48,383 bases of DNA from an uncultured Gudongella sp. (GTDB taxonomy: Bacteria > Bacillota > Clostridia > Tissierellales > Tissierellaceae). The notes under the pieces are model-generated. The model saw only the letters and a program-made list of their open reading frames with translations, did no database searches and was not told the origin of the DNA. The stretch is taken from NCBI GenBank assembly GCA_964607545.1, contig CAZSLV010000001.1:1-48383 (forward strand). Direction: 5' to 3'. Position 1 is the stretch's first letter; every line of letters begins with the position of its first letter. Both the position numbers and the translations under genes were made by a program. Positions 9,213 through 18,849 of this stretch are shown here, piece after piece.

Positions 9213-11132
9213 TTACTCTTTGTCAGTTTTACTTGGAATCATTTTTAAATACATTGCCCCAAGAGGAGGGAGTTCTACCCTAATAGAATAATCCCTTCCA
9301 TGAAACTCTTCCTCAGTTGCCTTGTACCTTTTTATCCTCTTAGTATTTCCACCATACCTTTGGTGGTCACTTGTAAAAATTGTATTGTAAGTCCCAAGGC
9401 TTGTAACTCCTATGGGATAATTACTCCTACTAACTGGGGTAAAGTTAAAAATGCATATTAGCCTCTCCCCCTTCTTATTTATCCTTTCAAAGGAGATTAT
9501 GCTTTCTAAATGATTTTGATGTTCTATCCAATTAAATCCCTCAAATGAATTATCTACCTCATAAAGGCAATTTTCATTCTTATAGAATTGGTTTAATTCA
9601 TTAACATAAGTTTGCATTCTTAAGTGCTTGTCATATTCTAATAGGTGCCAATCAAGGGCCTCATACTCCCTCCATTCAATAAACTGCCCAAATTCTCCCC
9701 CCATAAATACTAGTTTTTTCCCAGGGTGGGCATACATATATCCATATAGGAGCCTAAGGTTTGCAAACTTATCGTCATAGTAACCTGGCATCTTATCAAG
9801 CAGGGACTTTTTCCCATGGACTACCTCATCATGGCTAAGGGGGAGGATAAAGTTCTCCGAAAAAGCATACATCATTGAAAATGTAAGGGCCTTGTGGTGG
9901 TCCTTTCTAAATATGGGGTCAAGTTCCATATATTCAAGGATGTCATTCATCCAACCCATATTCCACTTATAGTTAAAACCTAGGCCCCCTTCATGGACTG
10001 GGTGGGTTACCTTTGGCCAGGCTGTTGATTCTTCTGCTATCATTAGGGTTCCTGGATAGGTCTTAAATATAACTGTATTTAGCTTTTTTATAAATTCAAT
10101 TGCCTCAATGTTTTCTCTACCCCCAAACTGATTTTTTATATCCTTGCCAGCAAAGTCTAGGTAGAGCATATAAGCTACGGCATCTATCCTCATCCCATCT
10201 ATATGAAAGTATTCATGCCAATACATGGCATTTGAAATTAAAAAAGATATAACTTCTGGCTTTGTATAGTCAAAGTTTAGGGTTCCCCATTGTTCATTTT
10301 CTGCCTTTGCCTTGTCAAATGATTCAAATAAGTAGGTTCCATCAAACCTAGCTAGGCCAAAGTCATCCTTGGTAAAGTGGGCTGGAACCCAGTCTAGGAT
10401 AACCCCTATATCGTTCTTATGGCATTCATCTATTAAATACATCAAGTCCTTTGGGGTACCAAACCTGCTAGTAGGGGCAAAATAACCTGTAACTTGATAT
10501 CCCCAAGATGCATCTAGGGGATATTCACCTATAGGCATTAACTCTATATGGGTGTATTGCATCTTTTTAACATACTTAACCAATTCATGGGCTAGTTCAA
10601 CATAGGTATAGGGAAGGTTTCCCTCCTTTAGCTTCCAAGATAAGAGGTTGACTTCATAAATTGACATGGGTTCATTTAAGTGCTTTTTTTTCTTCCTCTT
10701 ACTTAAGTAGGCCTTATCCTTCCACTCATACCCCTTAAGGTCATATATTTTTGAATCATTAAGAGGCCTTGTATCAGCATGGAAGGCATAGGGGTCTGCC
10801 TTGTATCTTACCTCACCTGATTCTGCTATAATCCTGTACTTATAGGAGTCATATTCTTTCCCGTTTTTTATAACAATTTGCCACAAGCCAGTTCCTTCTA
10901 TCCTCTTCATAGGTAGGTTAAAGTGGTCCCAAAAGTTAAAGTCACCTGTTAAGAAAACTTCCCTTGCCCTTGGTGCCCAAACTACAAATCTATGCCCCTT
11001 AAGACTTCCCTTTTTATAGGGGTGGACCCCCATAAATTCATATGACCTATAGCTTGTACCCTCATGAAAAAGATAAGCATCCTCTTGTCCATCTTCTATG
11101 TAAAAATAATCCTTGTTTACATCCAATGTCAT
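9213..11132 (-). CDS. glgB: 1,4-alpha-glucan branching enzyme
   Basis: SWGYQ, DWVPAHF, GMRIDAV, AEEST, WNMGWMND, LSHDEVVHGK. Confidence 0.95.
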   Translation of the reverse strand: MTLDVNKDYFYIEDGQEDAYLFHEGTSYRSYEFMGVHPYKKGSLKGHRFVVWAPRAREVFLTGDFNFWDHFNLPMKRIEGTGLWQIVIKNGKEYDSYKYRIIAESGEVRYKADPYAFHADTRPLNDSKIYDLKGYEWKDKAYLSKRKKKKHLNEPMSIYEVNLLSWKLKEGNLPYTYVELAHELVKYVKKMQYTHIELMPIGEYPLDASWGYQVTGYFAPTSRFGTPKDLMYLIDECHKNDIGVILDWVPAHFTKDDFGLARFDGTYLFESFDKAKAENEQWGTLNFDYTKPEVISFLISNAMYWHEYFHIDGMRIDAVAYMLYLDFAGKDIKNQFGGRENIEAIEFIKKLNTVIFKTYPGTLMIAEESTAWPKVTHPVHEGGLGFNYKWNMGWMNDILEYMELDPIFRKDHHKALTFSMMYAFSENFILPLSHDEVVHGKKSLLDKMPGYYDDKFANLRLLYGYMYAHPGKKLVFMGGEFGQFIEWREYEALDWHLLEYDKHLRMQTYVNELNQFYKNENCLYEVDNSFEGFNWIEHQNHLESIISFERINKKGERLICIFNFTPVSRSNYPIGVTSLGTYNTIFTSDHQRYGGNTKRIKRYKATEEEFHGRDYSIRVELPPLGAMYLKMIPSKTDKE

Positions 11133-11153
11133 TACAAAACCCCCTTCTTTTTC

Positions 11154-11269
11154 AATTCACAGTTCACATTTTATCAGTTCGCTGAGTCGTCTATCCTACA
11201 GGTTTAGGACGTGCGAAGCTAGGCCCCTAGCCTTTTGTCTTTTCAATTGTGATTTGTGCATTGTGAATT
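11154..11269. repeat. intergenic structured element flanked by inverted heptamer (AATTCAC-like) arrays
   Basis: Left arm AATTCAC-AGTTCAC-ATTT; right arm reverse complement AATTCAC-AATGCAC-AAATCAC-AATT; GC-richer self-complementary core. Confidence 0.55.
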
Positions 11270-11270
11270 C

Positions 11271-13106
11271 TTAATTGTTTATATACCTATACCCTAAAAA
11301 GGTCTCTTCTTTCTTAATATACCCTTTTTGTGCTAGTAATTGGAGTTTTTCTTCTAATTTATCCCGAGTTAAGGTAATACCTTCCTCTTTTTCAATTTCT
11401 TTTAAGAGGTTTAGAAGGTCTACTTCAGATATGGGGAGTTTTTTTATTAGGATACTATTGTATTTTTCATCCTCTTCCTTTGATTTTTCTATTAATTCAT
11501 CAAAGGGGTTTAGGGTGTGGGGGCTCATACTATAGGCAGCCCTAATCCTTGCAAATATGGTCCTTCCTATAAGGGCAGAGGATATAAATACATCACCCGT
11601 TCTTAAATAGGGGAGCCTTTTAGCCTCTTCCGATGTAATATCTGTCTCTTCCCTAATTGTGTCTATATCTGATGCCCTAACTGTCCTAAAGATTAACTTA
11701 GTATTTAGCTGGGCTGTTATTGTTTCATCAAGAAGGGTTGGTCTTTGACTTGCTAAAATTAAAAAGACCCCGTACTTTCTCCCCTCTTGAGAGATTTCCT
11801 TTAAAATTGACTTAGATGGGTTATCATAACCCTTAGGGGCAAAGTTATGGGCCTCATCAGTAACTACAATAAAGGGTGGAAAGTATTCAGTTGGAATTTT
11901 TTTATACAGGGCATCCTTGTATTCCCTTCTCTTGTGGTAAATATTATTTAATAAATAGGTAGTATAAACTTGGAGGATCCTAGTACTTCCTTGGATAACT
12001 ACAAGCTTACCATCCTTTAAGTAGCTTTCTATATCCCTTGAGTCTTTTGAAAAGATTCCCTCGTTATATAGCCTTCTTAACCTCCATAGAATCCCCTTAA
12101 CAGAAGTGTATGGACAAGTCTTATCATATGAAAGGTAAAGGGTCTTTCTCTCTTCCCACCCTATCTTCTCCTCTTCATTTTCTGCACCATCAATTCTTCT
12201 TTGTATCCTTTCTGAGGACCCTTCTTCTTGGGCTTGTGATAGCATATCCAGCCTATTTGAAAAACTAGTATAAGAGTCTTTCTTTTTAAATAGGACATCA
12301 ACTACATTGTTCATGGCATCTGTAAGGGTACTAGCTGCATCTAGGAGGTTTTTTAAGTCTCCTCCCCCTAGGTCTTCAAACTTAACTCCTACATGGCTTC
12401 CAACTTGGAGGCACTTAAACTTATTGTCAAAGTCCACCTTGTTTTTTATATAATCGGGTGAAGTTGAAAAGTCCATTTCATAGTGGGGGTCTAAGACAAG
12501 GGTGGGGATGTCCTTTTGCATAATCTCTTCTAGTAAAACCCTAAGGCCAAAGGACTTACCCGAACCTGAGCCTCCAAATACCCCTATATGAGGGTAGTGG
12601 TGCATGGACTTGTAATCCATGATAAAGGGGAGTTCTCTTTGTTTTTCTAAGCCACTTTCTTCAAAGGTTTGAAGGATATTTACAAGGTCTGAATCCATAT
12701 CTTTTGCTAGGTCATCAGTATTTCTAATTACCCCTAAGACAAAGCCCTCTTTTGGCTTAGTCTTTACCATAAGGTTCTTTATTTCAGAAAAAAGTGGCAG
12801 CCTTACATCAGAACCAGTTTGCACAGGGTAAAGGGCTTCATTTAAAAGCCTAACCTTGGCTATATAAATCGTATCCTCATCTACATCATAACCCAGAGCC
12901 TTTAAGCTTTCTAGGACGGCACTATCAACAAAGTCCCCATAGATATTTAAGGGTATGTACCTGTTAAAGGTCCTTGCTTCCACAACTTCCCCTATTAGGT
13001 TTTTTTGATGGGGGTCTTCAATCAAAAGAAACTCATTTATCCTAAAATTCCTATCCTTAGAGCCTACATAAAATTCTTGTTGGGTTGTAATGCCAACTAC
13101 CTTCAT
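11271..13106 (-). CDS. herA: HerA-family ATPase/helicase (N-terminal HAS barrel)
   Basis: HIGVFGGSGSGKS Walker A, LDPHYE, VVTDEAHNFAP Walker B, EGRKYGV, SQRP. Confidence 0.88.
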   Translation of the reverse strand: MKVVGITTQQEFYVGSKDRNFRINEFLLIEDPHQKNLIGEVVEARTFNRYIPLNIYGDFVDSAVLESLKALGYDVDEDTIYIAKVRLLNEALYPVQTGSDVRLPLFSEIKNLMVKTKPKEGFVLGVIRNTDDLAKDMDSDLVNILQTFEESGLEKQRELPFIMDYKSMHHYPHIGVFGGSGSGKSFGLRVLLEEIMQKDIPTLVLDPHYEMDFSTSPDYIKNKVDFDNKFKCLQVGSHVGVKFEDLGGGDLKNLLDAASTLTDAMNNVVDVLFKKKDSYTSFSNRLDMLSQAQEEGSSERIQRRIDGAENEEEKIGWEERKTLYLSYDKTCPYTSVKGILWRLRRLYNEGIFSKDSRDIESYLKDGKLVVIQGSTRILQVYTTYLLNNIYHKRREYKDALYKKIPTEYFPPFIVVTDEAHNFAPKGYDNPSKSILKEISQEGRKYGVFLILASQRPTLLDETITAQLNTKLIFRTVRASDIDTIREETDITSEEAKRLPYLRTGDVFISSALIGRTIFARIRAAYSMSPHTLNPFDELIEKSKEEDEKYNSILIKKLPISEVDLLNLLKEIEKEEGITLTRDKLEEKLQLLAQKGYIKKEETFLGYRYINN

Positions 13107-13124
13107 AATAATTCCCCCTATTTC

Positions 13125-14102
13125 TTAGCTTCTCTTATCTCTTTCTGATATAAAAAATCTTTCATATATATCCCTATCAAGGTATCTTTCCATAAGGGCC
13201 TTGATCATTTCATCAGATACCTTAACTTCCTTATCAATTATATCTAACCAAAGTGGGACCCCTCTTCCGTTTTCTGGGGTAAGGGTTAAGACTAAACTTG
13301 CCATTTCCTTTAAGTGTTTTTTTTGAGATTCTATTATATCTATGCCAACTGCCATGGGTTGTAGGGATGTTCTTATAAAAACAGACCCATAGCCCTTTTG
13401 TTCTTTTTTATTTACCTCATCATTAATTAGGATCATATCCCCGTATTTTAATAGGCCAAAGAGTAAGTCCCTATCATAAATATCACCCTTTATATCCTTC
13501 TTAGTATCTTTTAAGGCATTACCTATGATTGAGGTCTTTATATCCTTTATTAAACCTATTAAAATTATCCCCTCTTCTTCACACAAGTTAACCAATTCTA
13601 GCCATTTATTGCCTGCATATATATTATACCTTATAAGGCCCCCATCCATCATAAGAACATAGGGCTTGTGTTTTTTTATAGATGCAAGGCCAGCCTCAAC
13701 TTCTATGGTAGCTAGCTTTATATTTTTTTCATCCTCTCTCTTATCATCTTCTTCCTTGTCTTTAGGCCTTTCATCTAAGAGGGGGGTGTAAACTTCTGAT
13801 AAAAATATAGGATTTTTCCTATCACTTGTGTTTTTTGCAAGTCCCTGGTAGATTTCTATATAATGGGGATTTGACCCTCCCAACCTATTAGTTGAACCAT
13901 CAACCCCTGTTACCCCACCCTTTTTTTCTATCACTTTAAGGTCTTTAGTTGTCATCTTTTGTGACATATATATGGGTCCTATGTATTCTTTAATAAAGTC
14001 TGTAAGACTATCTTTATTTAGGCCGTAAGACCCTTGCTTTACTTGCATCTGGGAGTTTACTTCTATTAACTTATCCTTTAACTCTTCATTTAATCTATCC
14101 AC
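13125..14102 (-). CDS. nurA: NurA-family nuclease
   Basis: GVDGS, MMDGGL, GLIKD and GVPLWL motifs; adjacent to herA. Start moved to GTG 14102, which follows a GGGG-containing RBS (track start TTG 14135). Confidence 0.8.
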   Translation of the reverse strand: MDRLNEELKDKLIEVNSQMQVKQGSYGLNKDSLTDFIKEYIGPIYMSQKMTTKDLKVIEKKGGVTGVDGSTNRLGGSNPHYIEIYQGLAKNTSDRKNPIFLSEVYTPLLDERPKDKEEDDKREDEKNIKLATIEVEAGLASIKKHKPYVLMMDGGLIRYNIYAGNKWLELVNLCEEEGIILIGLIKDIKTSIIGNALKDTKKDIKGDIYDRDLLFGLLKYGDMILINDEVNKKEQKGYGSVFIRTSLQPMAVGIDIIESQKKHLKEMASLVLTLTPENGRGVPLWLDIIDKEVKVSDEMIKALMERYLDRDIYERFFISERDKRS

Positions 14103-14142
14103 TAATATCCCCACTTTACTATAATAATTGGCCAATTTATTG

Positions 14143-14171
14143 TTGACTATTTATGTAAACTATGGTAATCT
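14143..14171 (+). promoter_or_regulatory. sigma-A type promoter for abrB
   Basis: TTGACT, 17-nt spacer ending in TGG (extended -10), TAATCT. Confidence 0.55.
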
Positions 14172-14213
14172 TTTTCTAGGTTATTATATATAACCGCTAT
14201 GGGAGGTGACTTT

Positions 14214-14453
14214 ATGAAATCAACAGGAATAGTTCGAAAGCTAGATGAATTAGGTAGGGTGGTTATACCTATAGAGTTAAGAAGAACTCTAGATATCAAG
14301 GTAAAAGATCCCCTCGAGATATTTGTTGATGATGATAAGATAATTTTAAAAAAATTCTCACCATCATGTGTCTTCTGCGGCGAATCTAAAGATATCTTTG
14401 ACTTCAAAGGCAAAAAGGTCTGCAAGGAATGTTCTGATCAAATGCACAAATAA
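14214..14453 (+). CDS. abrB: AbrB-family transition-state regulator
   Basis: MKSTGIVRKLDELGRVVIPIELRR; C-terminal CxxC...CxxC; RBS GGGAGGTG before ATG 14214. Confidence 0.92.
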   Translation: MKSTGIVRKLDELGRVVIPIELRRTLDIKVKDPLEIFVDDDKIILKKFSPSCVFCGESKDIFDFKGKKVCKECSDQMHK

Positions 14454-14465
14454 ATAAGTAACCAC

Positions 14466-14509
14466 ATAATAAAACATTTGGAGTATCTTTATTCCAAGTG
14501 TTTTATTAT
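14466..14509. terminator. bidirectional terminator between abrB and rsmI
   Basis: ATAATAAAACATTTGGA...TCCAAGTGTTTTATTAT inverted repeat. Confidence 0.7.
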
Positions 14510-15330
14510 TTTTTGCCCTTTAAACTTTCTTCATATACTATATTTTTTGCAAGGCCAGTTTCTTTTACTATCTTTCTTACTGCATCCTTTCTTGACATGC
14601 CTGAGTCAATAAGGCTAGTAAGCATCATTTCTATATCAAATTCTTCTTCTTCTCTAGTATAGCCTTCTACAACTAGGACCATTTCTCCCTTTAATTCCCT
14701 TACCCTAGCAATTTCAAGTAATTCAGATATCTTTCCCCTAAGGGTTTCTTCAAACTTTTTTGTAAGCTCCCTTGATAAGGAGGCCTTCCTATCTCCAAAT
14801 ACAAGGAGGACTTCCTCTAAGGCTCTTTGTATCCTGTGGGGACTTTCATAAAATATCAAAGTCCTTTTTTCTTCTTTTATTTCTTCAAGGGCCCTTATCC
14901 TATCGTTTTTCTTTGCAGGAAGAAAGCCTTCAAAGGCAAACTTTTCTGTGGATAAGCCAGATATAACTAGGGCTAAGATCATGGCAGAGGGCCCAGGTAT
15001 GCCTATTACCTCTATCCCTTCTTTAATAGCTAAGTCCACAAGGTCTTCACCAGGGTCTGAAATCCCTGGCATACCTGCATCTGATACTAGGGCCATGGTT
15101 TGACCTTTTTTTATTCTATCTATTAACTTAGGCCCCTTCTCCCTAATATTGTGTTTTTGATAGGATGTTAAGGTTTTTTTTATATTGTAGTGGTTTAATA
15201 GTTTTAAGGTGTGCCTGGTATCTTCAGCCCCAATAAAGTCAACCTCCTTTAAAATATTAAGGGTCCTAAAAGACATATCTTCTAAGTTGCCTATAGGGGT
15301 TGCACATATATATAATTTTCCATAATCCAT
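14506..15330 (-). CDS. rsmI: 16S rRNA C1402 2'-O-methyltransferase
   Basis: ATPIGNLED, AEDTR, VSDAGMPGISDPG, FYESPHR, RELTKKFEE; start at MDYGKLY assumed. Confidence 0.93.
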   Translation of the reverse strand: MDYGKLYICATPIGNLEDMSFRTLNILKEVDFIGAEDTRHTLKLLNHYNIKKTLTSYQKHNIREKGPKLIDRIKKGQTMALVSDAGMPGISDPGEDLVDLAIKEGIEVIGIPGPSAMILALVISGLSTEKFAFEGFLPAKKNDRIRALEEIKEEKRTLIFYESPHRIQRALEEVLLVFGDRKASLSRELTKKFEETLRGKISELLEIARVRELKGEMVLVVEGYTREEEEFDIEMMLTSLIDSGMSRKDAVRKIVKETGLAKNIVYEESLKGKK

Positions 15331-15334
15331 TTTA

Positions 15335-16051
15335 TCATCTCTTCCTATCATATATCATAAGTAAGTCCTTGGTATAGTCCCCATTATCCTCATATACTAC
15401 TAGGGGTTTCTTATATTTAAAGTCCTCCCTAGCCCCCTTGACCCCTTCTAGGAGAAAGAGATTTGCTAGCTTATCCCTTTTGGGATGAACCCATCTTATG
15501 TATTTTGGCTCTATTTTATGTTCTCTAAAACTACATAGGACATCAACTAGCCTGTTTGGCCTATGTACTATAAATAACTTCCCATACTGCTTTAAAAGGT
15601 AGGAAGATATCCTTACTATATCCTCCAAACTTGTCTTTATTTCATGCCTAGAAATGGCAAAGTTTTCCTTACTATTTACAAGAGCCCCTCCCTTTTTCAT
15701 ATAGGGTGGGTTAGTAATTATTGTATCAATACTTCCCTTTTCAAACCTATCTGGCAGGGTCTTTAAATCTATATTTAAAATTTCTATCCTATCCTGTAAA
15801 TTATTTAACTCTACATTTCTACTTGCAATTTTAGCCACTTCTTCTTGAATCTCAACCCCATATATCTTTTCAATATTTTCCTTATCTACAAGCCTTAAGG
15901 GTATTATTCCAGTTCCTGTTCCAAGATCTATGACAAGGCCACTTGCCTTTGCAAAATCCGATAAAAGTATTGCATCTATCCCATATGAAAACATTTCCTT
16001 GTTTTGTATTATTTTATAGTCACTTCCTGGTACAATATCTATTCTTTCCAT
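15335..16051 (-). CDS. tRNA1(Val) A37 N6-methyltransferase (YabB/TrmN6-like)
   Basis: DAILLS, DLGTGTG, TNPPY, SRHE; yaaT-yabB-rsmI synteny. Confidence 0.88.
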   Translation of the reverse strand: MERIDIVPGSDYKIIQNKEMFSYGIDAILLSDFAKASGLVIDLGTGTGIIPLRLVDKENIEKIYGVEIQEEVAKIASRNVELNNLQDRIEILNIDLKTLPDRFEKGSIDTIITNPPYMKKGGALVNSKENFAISRHEIKTSLEDIVRISSYLLKQYGKLFIVHRPNRLVDVLCSFREHKIEPKYIRWVHPKRDKLANLFLLEGVKGAREDFKYKKPLVVYEDNGDYTKDLLMIYDRKR

Positions 16052-16073
16052 TTGCTACCTCCACATTGATACT

Positions 16074-16096
16074 AAAAAAGACCCAAGAAAGGGTCT
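16074..16096 (-). terminator. intrinsic terminator after ferredoxin
   Basis: Minus strand AGACCC-TTTCTT-GGGTCT followed by a T run. Confidence 0.7.
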
Positions 16097-16111
16097 ATTT
16101 AGGTATAAGCA

Positions 16112-16279
<168 letters not shown>

Positions 16280-16357
16280 TTATTTCACCTCCTACTACTA
16301 CCTTAGTATGTCTATATTCTAACAGAAATTTATAATTTTTGAAAGTAAAACTTATCC

Positions 16358-17227
16358 TTAATCGTCGTTTGAATGGTCCCTACTTGAAGAGTACCTTTGA
16401 TAGCTTGGGTCATACTTTCCAGTTAACTCTATTTCATCTATTTCATAGTTAAATATATCTTCAGACCCATCTGCTAGCTTAATCTTAGCCCTTACACTTT
16501 GCAGGAGGGTATATGAAGATATTACAACTCCTACCCCATCTTGTGACTTTATAATTGCCCCTACAGAGGGCATGCCAACTAAAAGGTCTTCGTAGGTATC
16601 TTGTTCGTACTTTAAGCAGCACATAAGCCTTCCACATAGGCCAGAAATCTTTGTAGGATTTAAGGATAAGGATTGCTCCTTAGCCATCTTTATAGATACA
16701 GGGGCAAATTCACCTAAGAACCTAGTACAGCAAGTTTCTTGCCCACAAGGTCCTATTCCACCTACTATCTTTGCTTCATCCCTTACTCCAATTTGCCTTA
16801 ACTCTATTCTTGTTTTAAAAACTGAAGCTAGGTCTTTAACAAGTTCCCTAAAGTCTATCCTATTGTCTGAAGTAAAGTAAAAAATTACCTTATTATTGTC
16901 AAAAGTGTATTCTACATCTACTAGGTTCATATCTAAACCATGGTCTTTAACCTTTTCTTGGCAAATTACCATTGCCTCTTTGGCTTTTTCTTTATTCTCC
17001 TTGTGAATTTGAATATCTTCATCTGTTGCTAGCCTAATAACTGGTTTAAGTGGTGATATAATCTCATCTTCTAAAACTTCCTTAGGTCCTACTGCAGCTA
17101 CTCCAAACTCCATTCCCCTTGCTGTTTCTACTATTACAAAGTCATTTGTCTTTATTTGTATATTATCAGGATCAAAATAATAAATCTTTCCTGCTTTTTT
17201 AAATCTAACTCCTACTACTTTTACCAT
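16358..17227 (-). CDS. yaaT: PSP1-domain protein YaaT/RicT
   Basis: GVRFKKAGKIYYF, RIDFRELV, RIELRQIGVRDEA, GLCGRLMCCLKYE. Confidence 0.92.
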   Translation of the reverse strand: MVKVVGVRFKKAGKIYYFDPDNIQIKTNDFVIVETARGMEFGVAAVGPKEVLEDEIISPLKPVIRLATDEDIQIHKENKEKAKEAMVICQEKVKDHGLDMNLVDVEYTFDNNKVIFYFTSDNRIDFRELVKDLASVFKTRIELRQIGVRDEAKIVGGIGPCGQETCCTRFLGEFAPVSIKMAKEQSLSLNPTKISGLCGRLMCCLKYEQDTYEDLLVGMPSVGAIIKSQDGVGVVISSYTLLQSVRAKIKLADGSEDIFNYEIDEIELTGKYDPSYQRYSSSRDHSNDD

Positions 17228-18207
17228 TATACCTCCCCCTGAATTTTCAAAAGCATTGTTTCTATTGACAATTGAAAGTTCACATTCATCTGTATATTCA
17301 ATGAAGTATCTTCTATTTTCTCTATTATATCATTTATCCTATCAAAATCCATAAAACTTTGTCCTATTAAGTATTCTTCTTTATCTTTATTTATAATAAA
17401 GTTTGTATTTTTACTTGCCTTATACACTCCTAAGTCTCTAAACCATAGGATAAATACTTGTAGGAGTTCTTGAATTTGATCTTTGTGGAGGTAAAAATAT
17501 TCACTTGCAGAAAATATCCTATAACCTTCTTTCTTAATTAAGCCATCAATTAAGTCTAGGGCCCACTCCCTCATTTCAAAGAAGTCTTGTGACTTTGATA
17601 CTAGTATGGCATTTCCTAGGGACCCATTTGAAAGCTTGGCTAAGAACCTAGCCCTGTCCTTGTCTATGTTTAATTTATTATGTAGGTAATCTTCAACTTT
17701 TGGGGTTTCTATAGGATAAAACTTAATAGTCTGTCCCCTTGACCTAATTGTAGGAAGGAGGTTTTTTGAATCAGATGAAACTAAGATTATATGTATATAG
17801 GAAGGTGGTTCTTCTAAACTCTTAAGCAGGGCATTTTGAGCTTCCTTGTTCATTAAGTCAGCCCTATCTATAATTATTAGCTTTCTTTCACTTTCAAAGG
17901 GGGACCTATTTATAAATTGAATTATTTCATCAACTTGACCTTTTTTTATAATATCCTTCTCTGGATATACTTCCATAAGGTCGGGGTGGCTTCCTATATT
18001 AAACTTATGGCAAGAATTACACCTATTGCAAGCTTCTTCCCCTTTTTCCATACATAGTAGGGTCTTGGCAAATAAACCTCCTAGGCTTCTTTTACCAAGA
18101 CCTTCTTGACCTTCAAATATATAAAAGTGGCTTATCTTGTTGTTTTTACAAGCATTTTTTAGGCTCTTGATAATTAAATCATGGCCAATAATATCCTTAT
18201 ATTCCAT
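17227..18207 (-). CDS. holB: DNA polymerase III delta' subunit
   Basis: Zn-cluster C..CNRCNSC, HPD, NALLKSLEEPP, LLPTIRSR. Confidence 0.92.
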   Translation of the reverse strand: MEYKDIIGHDLIIKSLKNACKNNKISHFYIFEGQEGLGKRSLGGLFAKTLLCMEKGEEACNRCNSCHKFNIGSHPDLMEVYPEKDIIKKGQVDEIIQFINRSPFESERKLIIIDRADLMNKEAQNALLKSLEEPPSYIHIILVSSDSKNLLPTIRSRGQTIKFYPIETPKVEDYLHNKLNIDKDRARFLAKLSNGSLGNAILVSKSQDFFEMREWALDLIDGLIKKEGYRIFSASEYFYLHKDQIQELLQVFILWFRDLGVYKASKNTNFIINKDKEEYLIGQSFMDFDRINDIIEKIEDTSLNIQMNVNFQLSIETMLLKIQGEV

Positions 18208-18220
18208 ACTTCCTCCAAAT

Positions 18221-18496
18221 CTAAATCCTTACATAGTCCTCAATTGGCAAAACAAATACATGAATCTTACATTCGCCTTCTTTTGACTTATCATCCTTTA
18301 TTATATGTTCCCTTTTAATTAAGGAAATAATTTCTTCTACCTTGTCATCTTCTACTCCAATTAAAAGGGTTGTATTGCCTAGACTTAAGAAACCTCCACT
18401 AGATGCTAATTTTGTAGCCCTTACCTTTTTAGATAATAAGAGTTTTGTTAATTTTTTAGAGTTTTCATTGTCTAAAACGACAATAAGTAATTTCAT
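18221..18496 (-). CDS. c-di-AMP receptor DarA/PstA paralog (short)
   Basis: MKLLI..., ATKLASSGGFL..GNTTLLIGVEDDKV; about 17 aa shorter than its neighbour. Confidence 0.8.
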   Translation of the reverse strand: MKLLIVVLDNENSKKLTKLLLSKKVRATKLASSGGFLSLGNTTLLIGVEDDKVEEIISLIKREHIIKDDKSKEGECKIHVFVLPIEDYVRI

Positions 18497-18508
18497 AAAG
18501 GCATCCTC

Positions 18509-18835
18509 CTAAATCCTCACATATTCTTCTATATCTAAGACAAATACAGTAGCCCCGCCAACCTTTACTTCTAGTGGGTAGGGGATATAGGTATCTCCTG
18601 GCATGGTAACAGTTAGTAAGGATGTAGTTATTTCCCTCGTCCTACAGTTATCCTCAATAATCTTTATTACTTCTGAAACCTTATCATCTTCTACCCCACT
18701 TAAGAGGGTAGTATTTCCTGCCTTTAAAAATCCACCTGTTGAGGCAAGCTTTGTAACCCTAAATTCTTTTTCTGTCAAGTCTTCAATTAATGATCCTGCA
18801 TCCTGGTCTTGTACTATAGCTACAACTAGTTTCAT
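18509..18835 (-). CDS. darA: c-di-AMP receptor, PII-like DarA/PstA (YaaQ)
   Basis: MKLVVAIVQDQD, TKLASTGGFLKAGNTT, VGGATVFV; tmk-darA-holB synteny. Confidence 0.92.
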   Translation of the reverse strand: MKLVVAIVQDQDAGSLIEDLTEKEFRVTKLASTGGFLKAGNTTLLSGVEDDKVSEVIKIIEDNCRTREITTSLLTVTMPGDTYIPYPLEVKVGGATVFVLDIEEYVRI

Positions 18836-18849
18836 CTTGCCAGCCTCCT

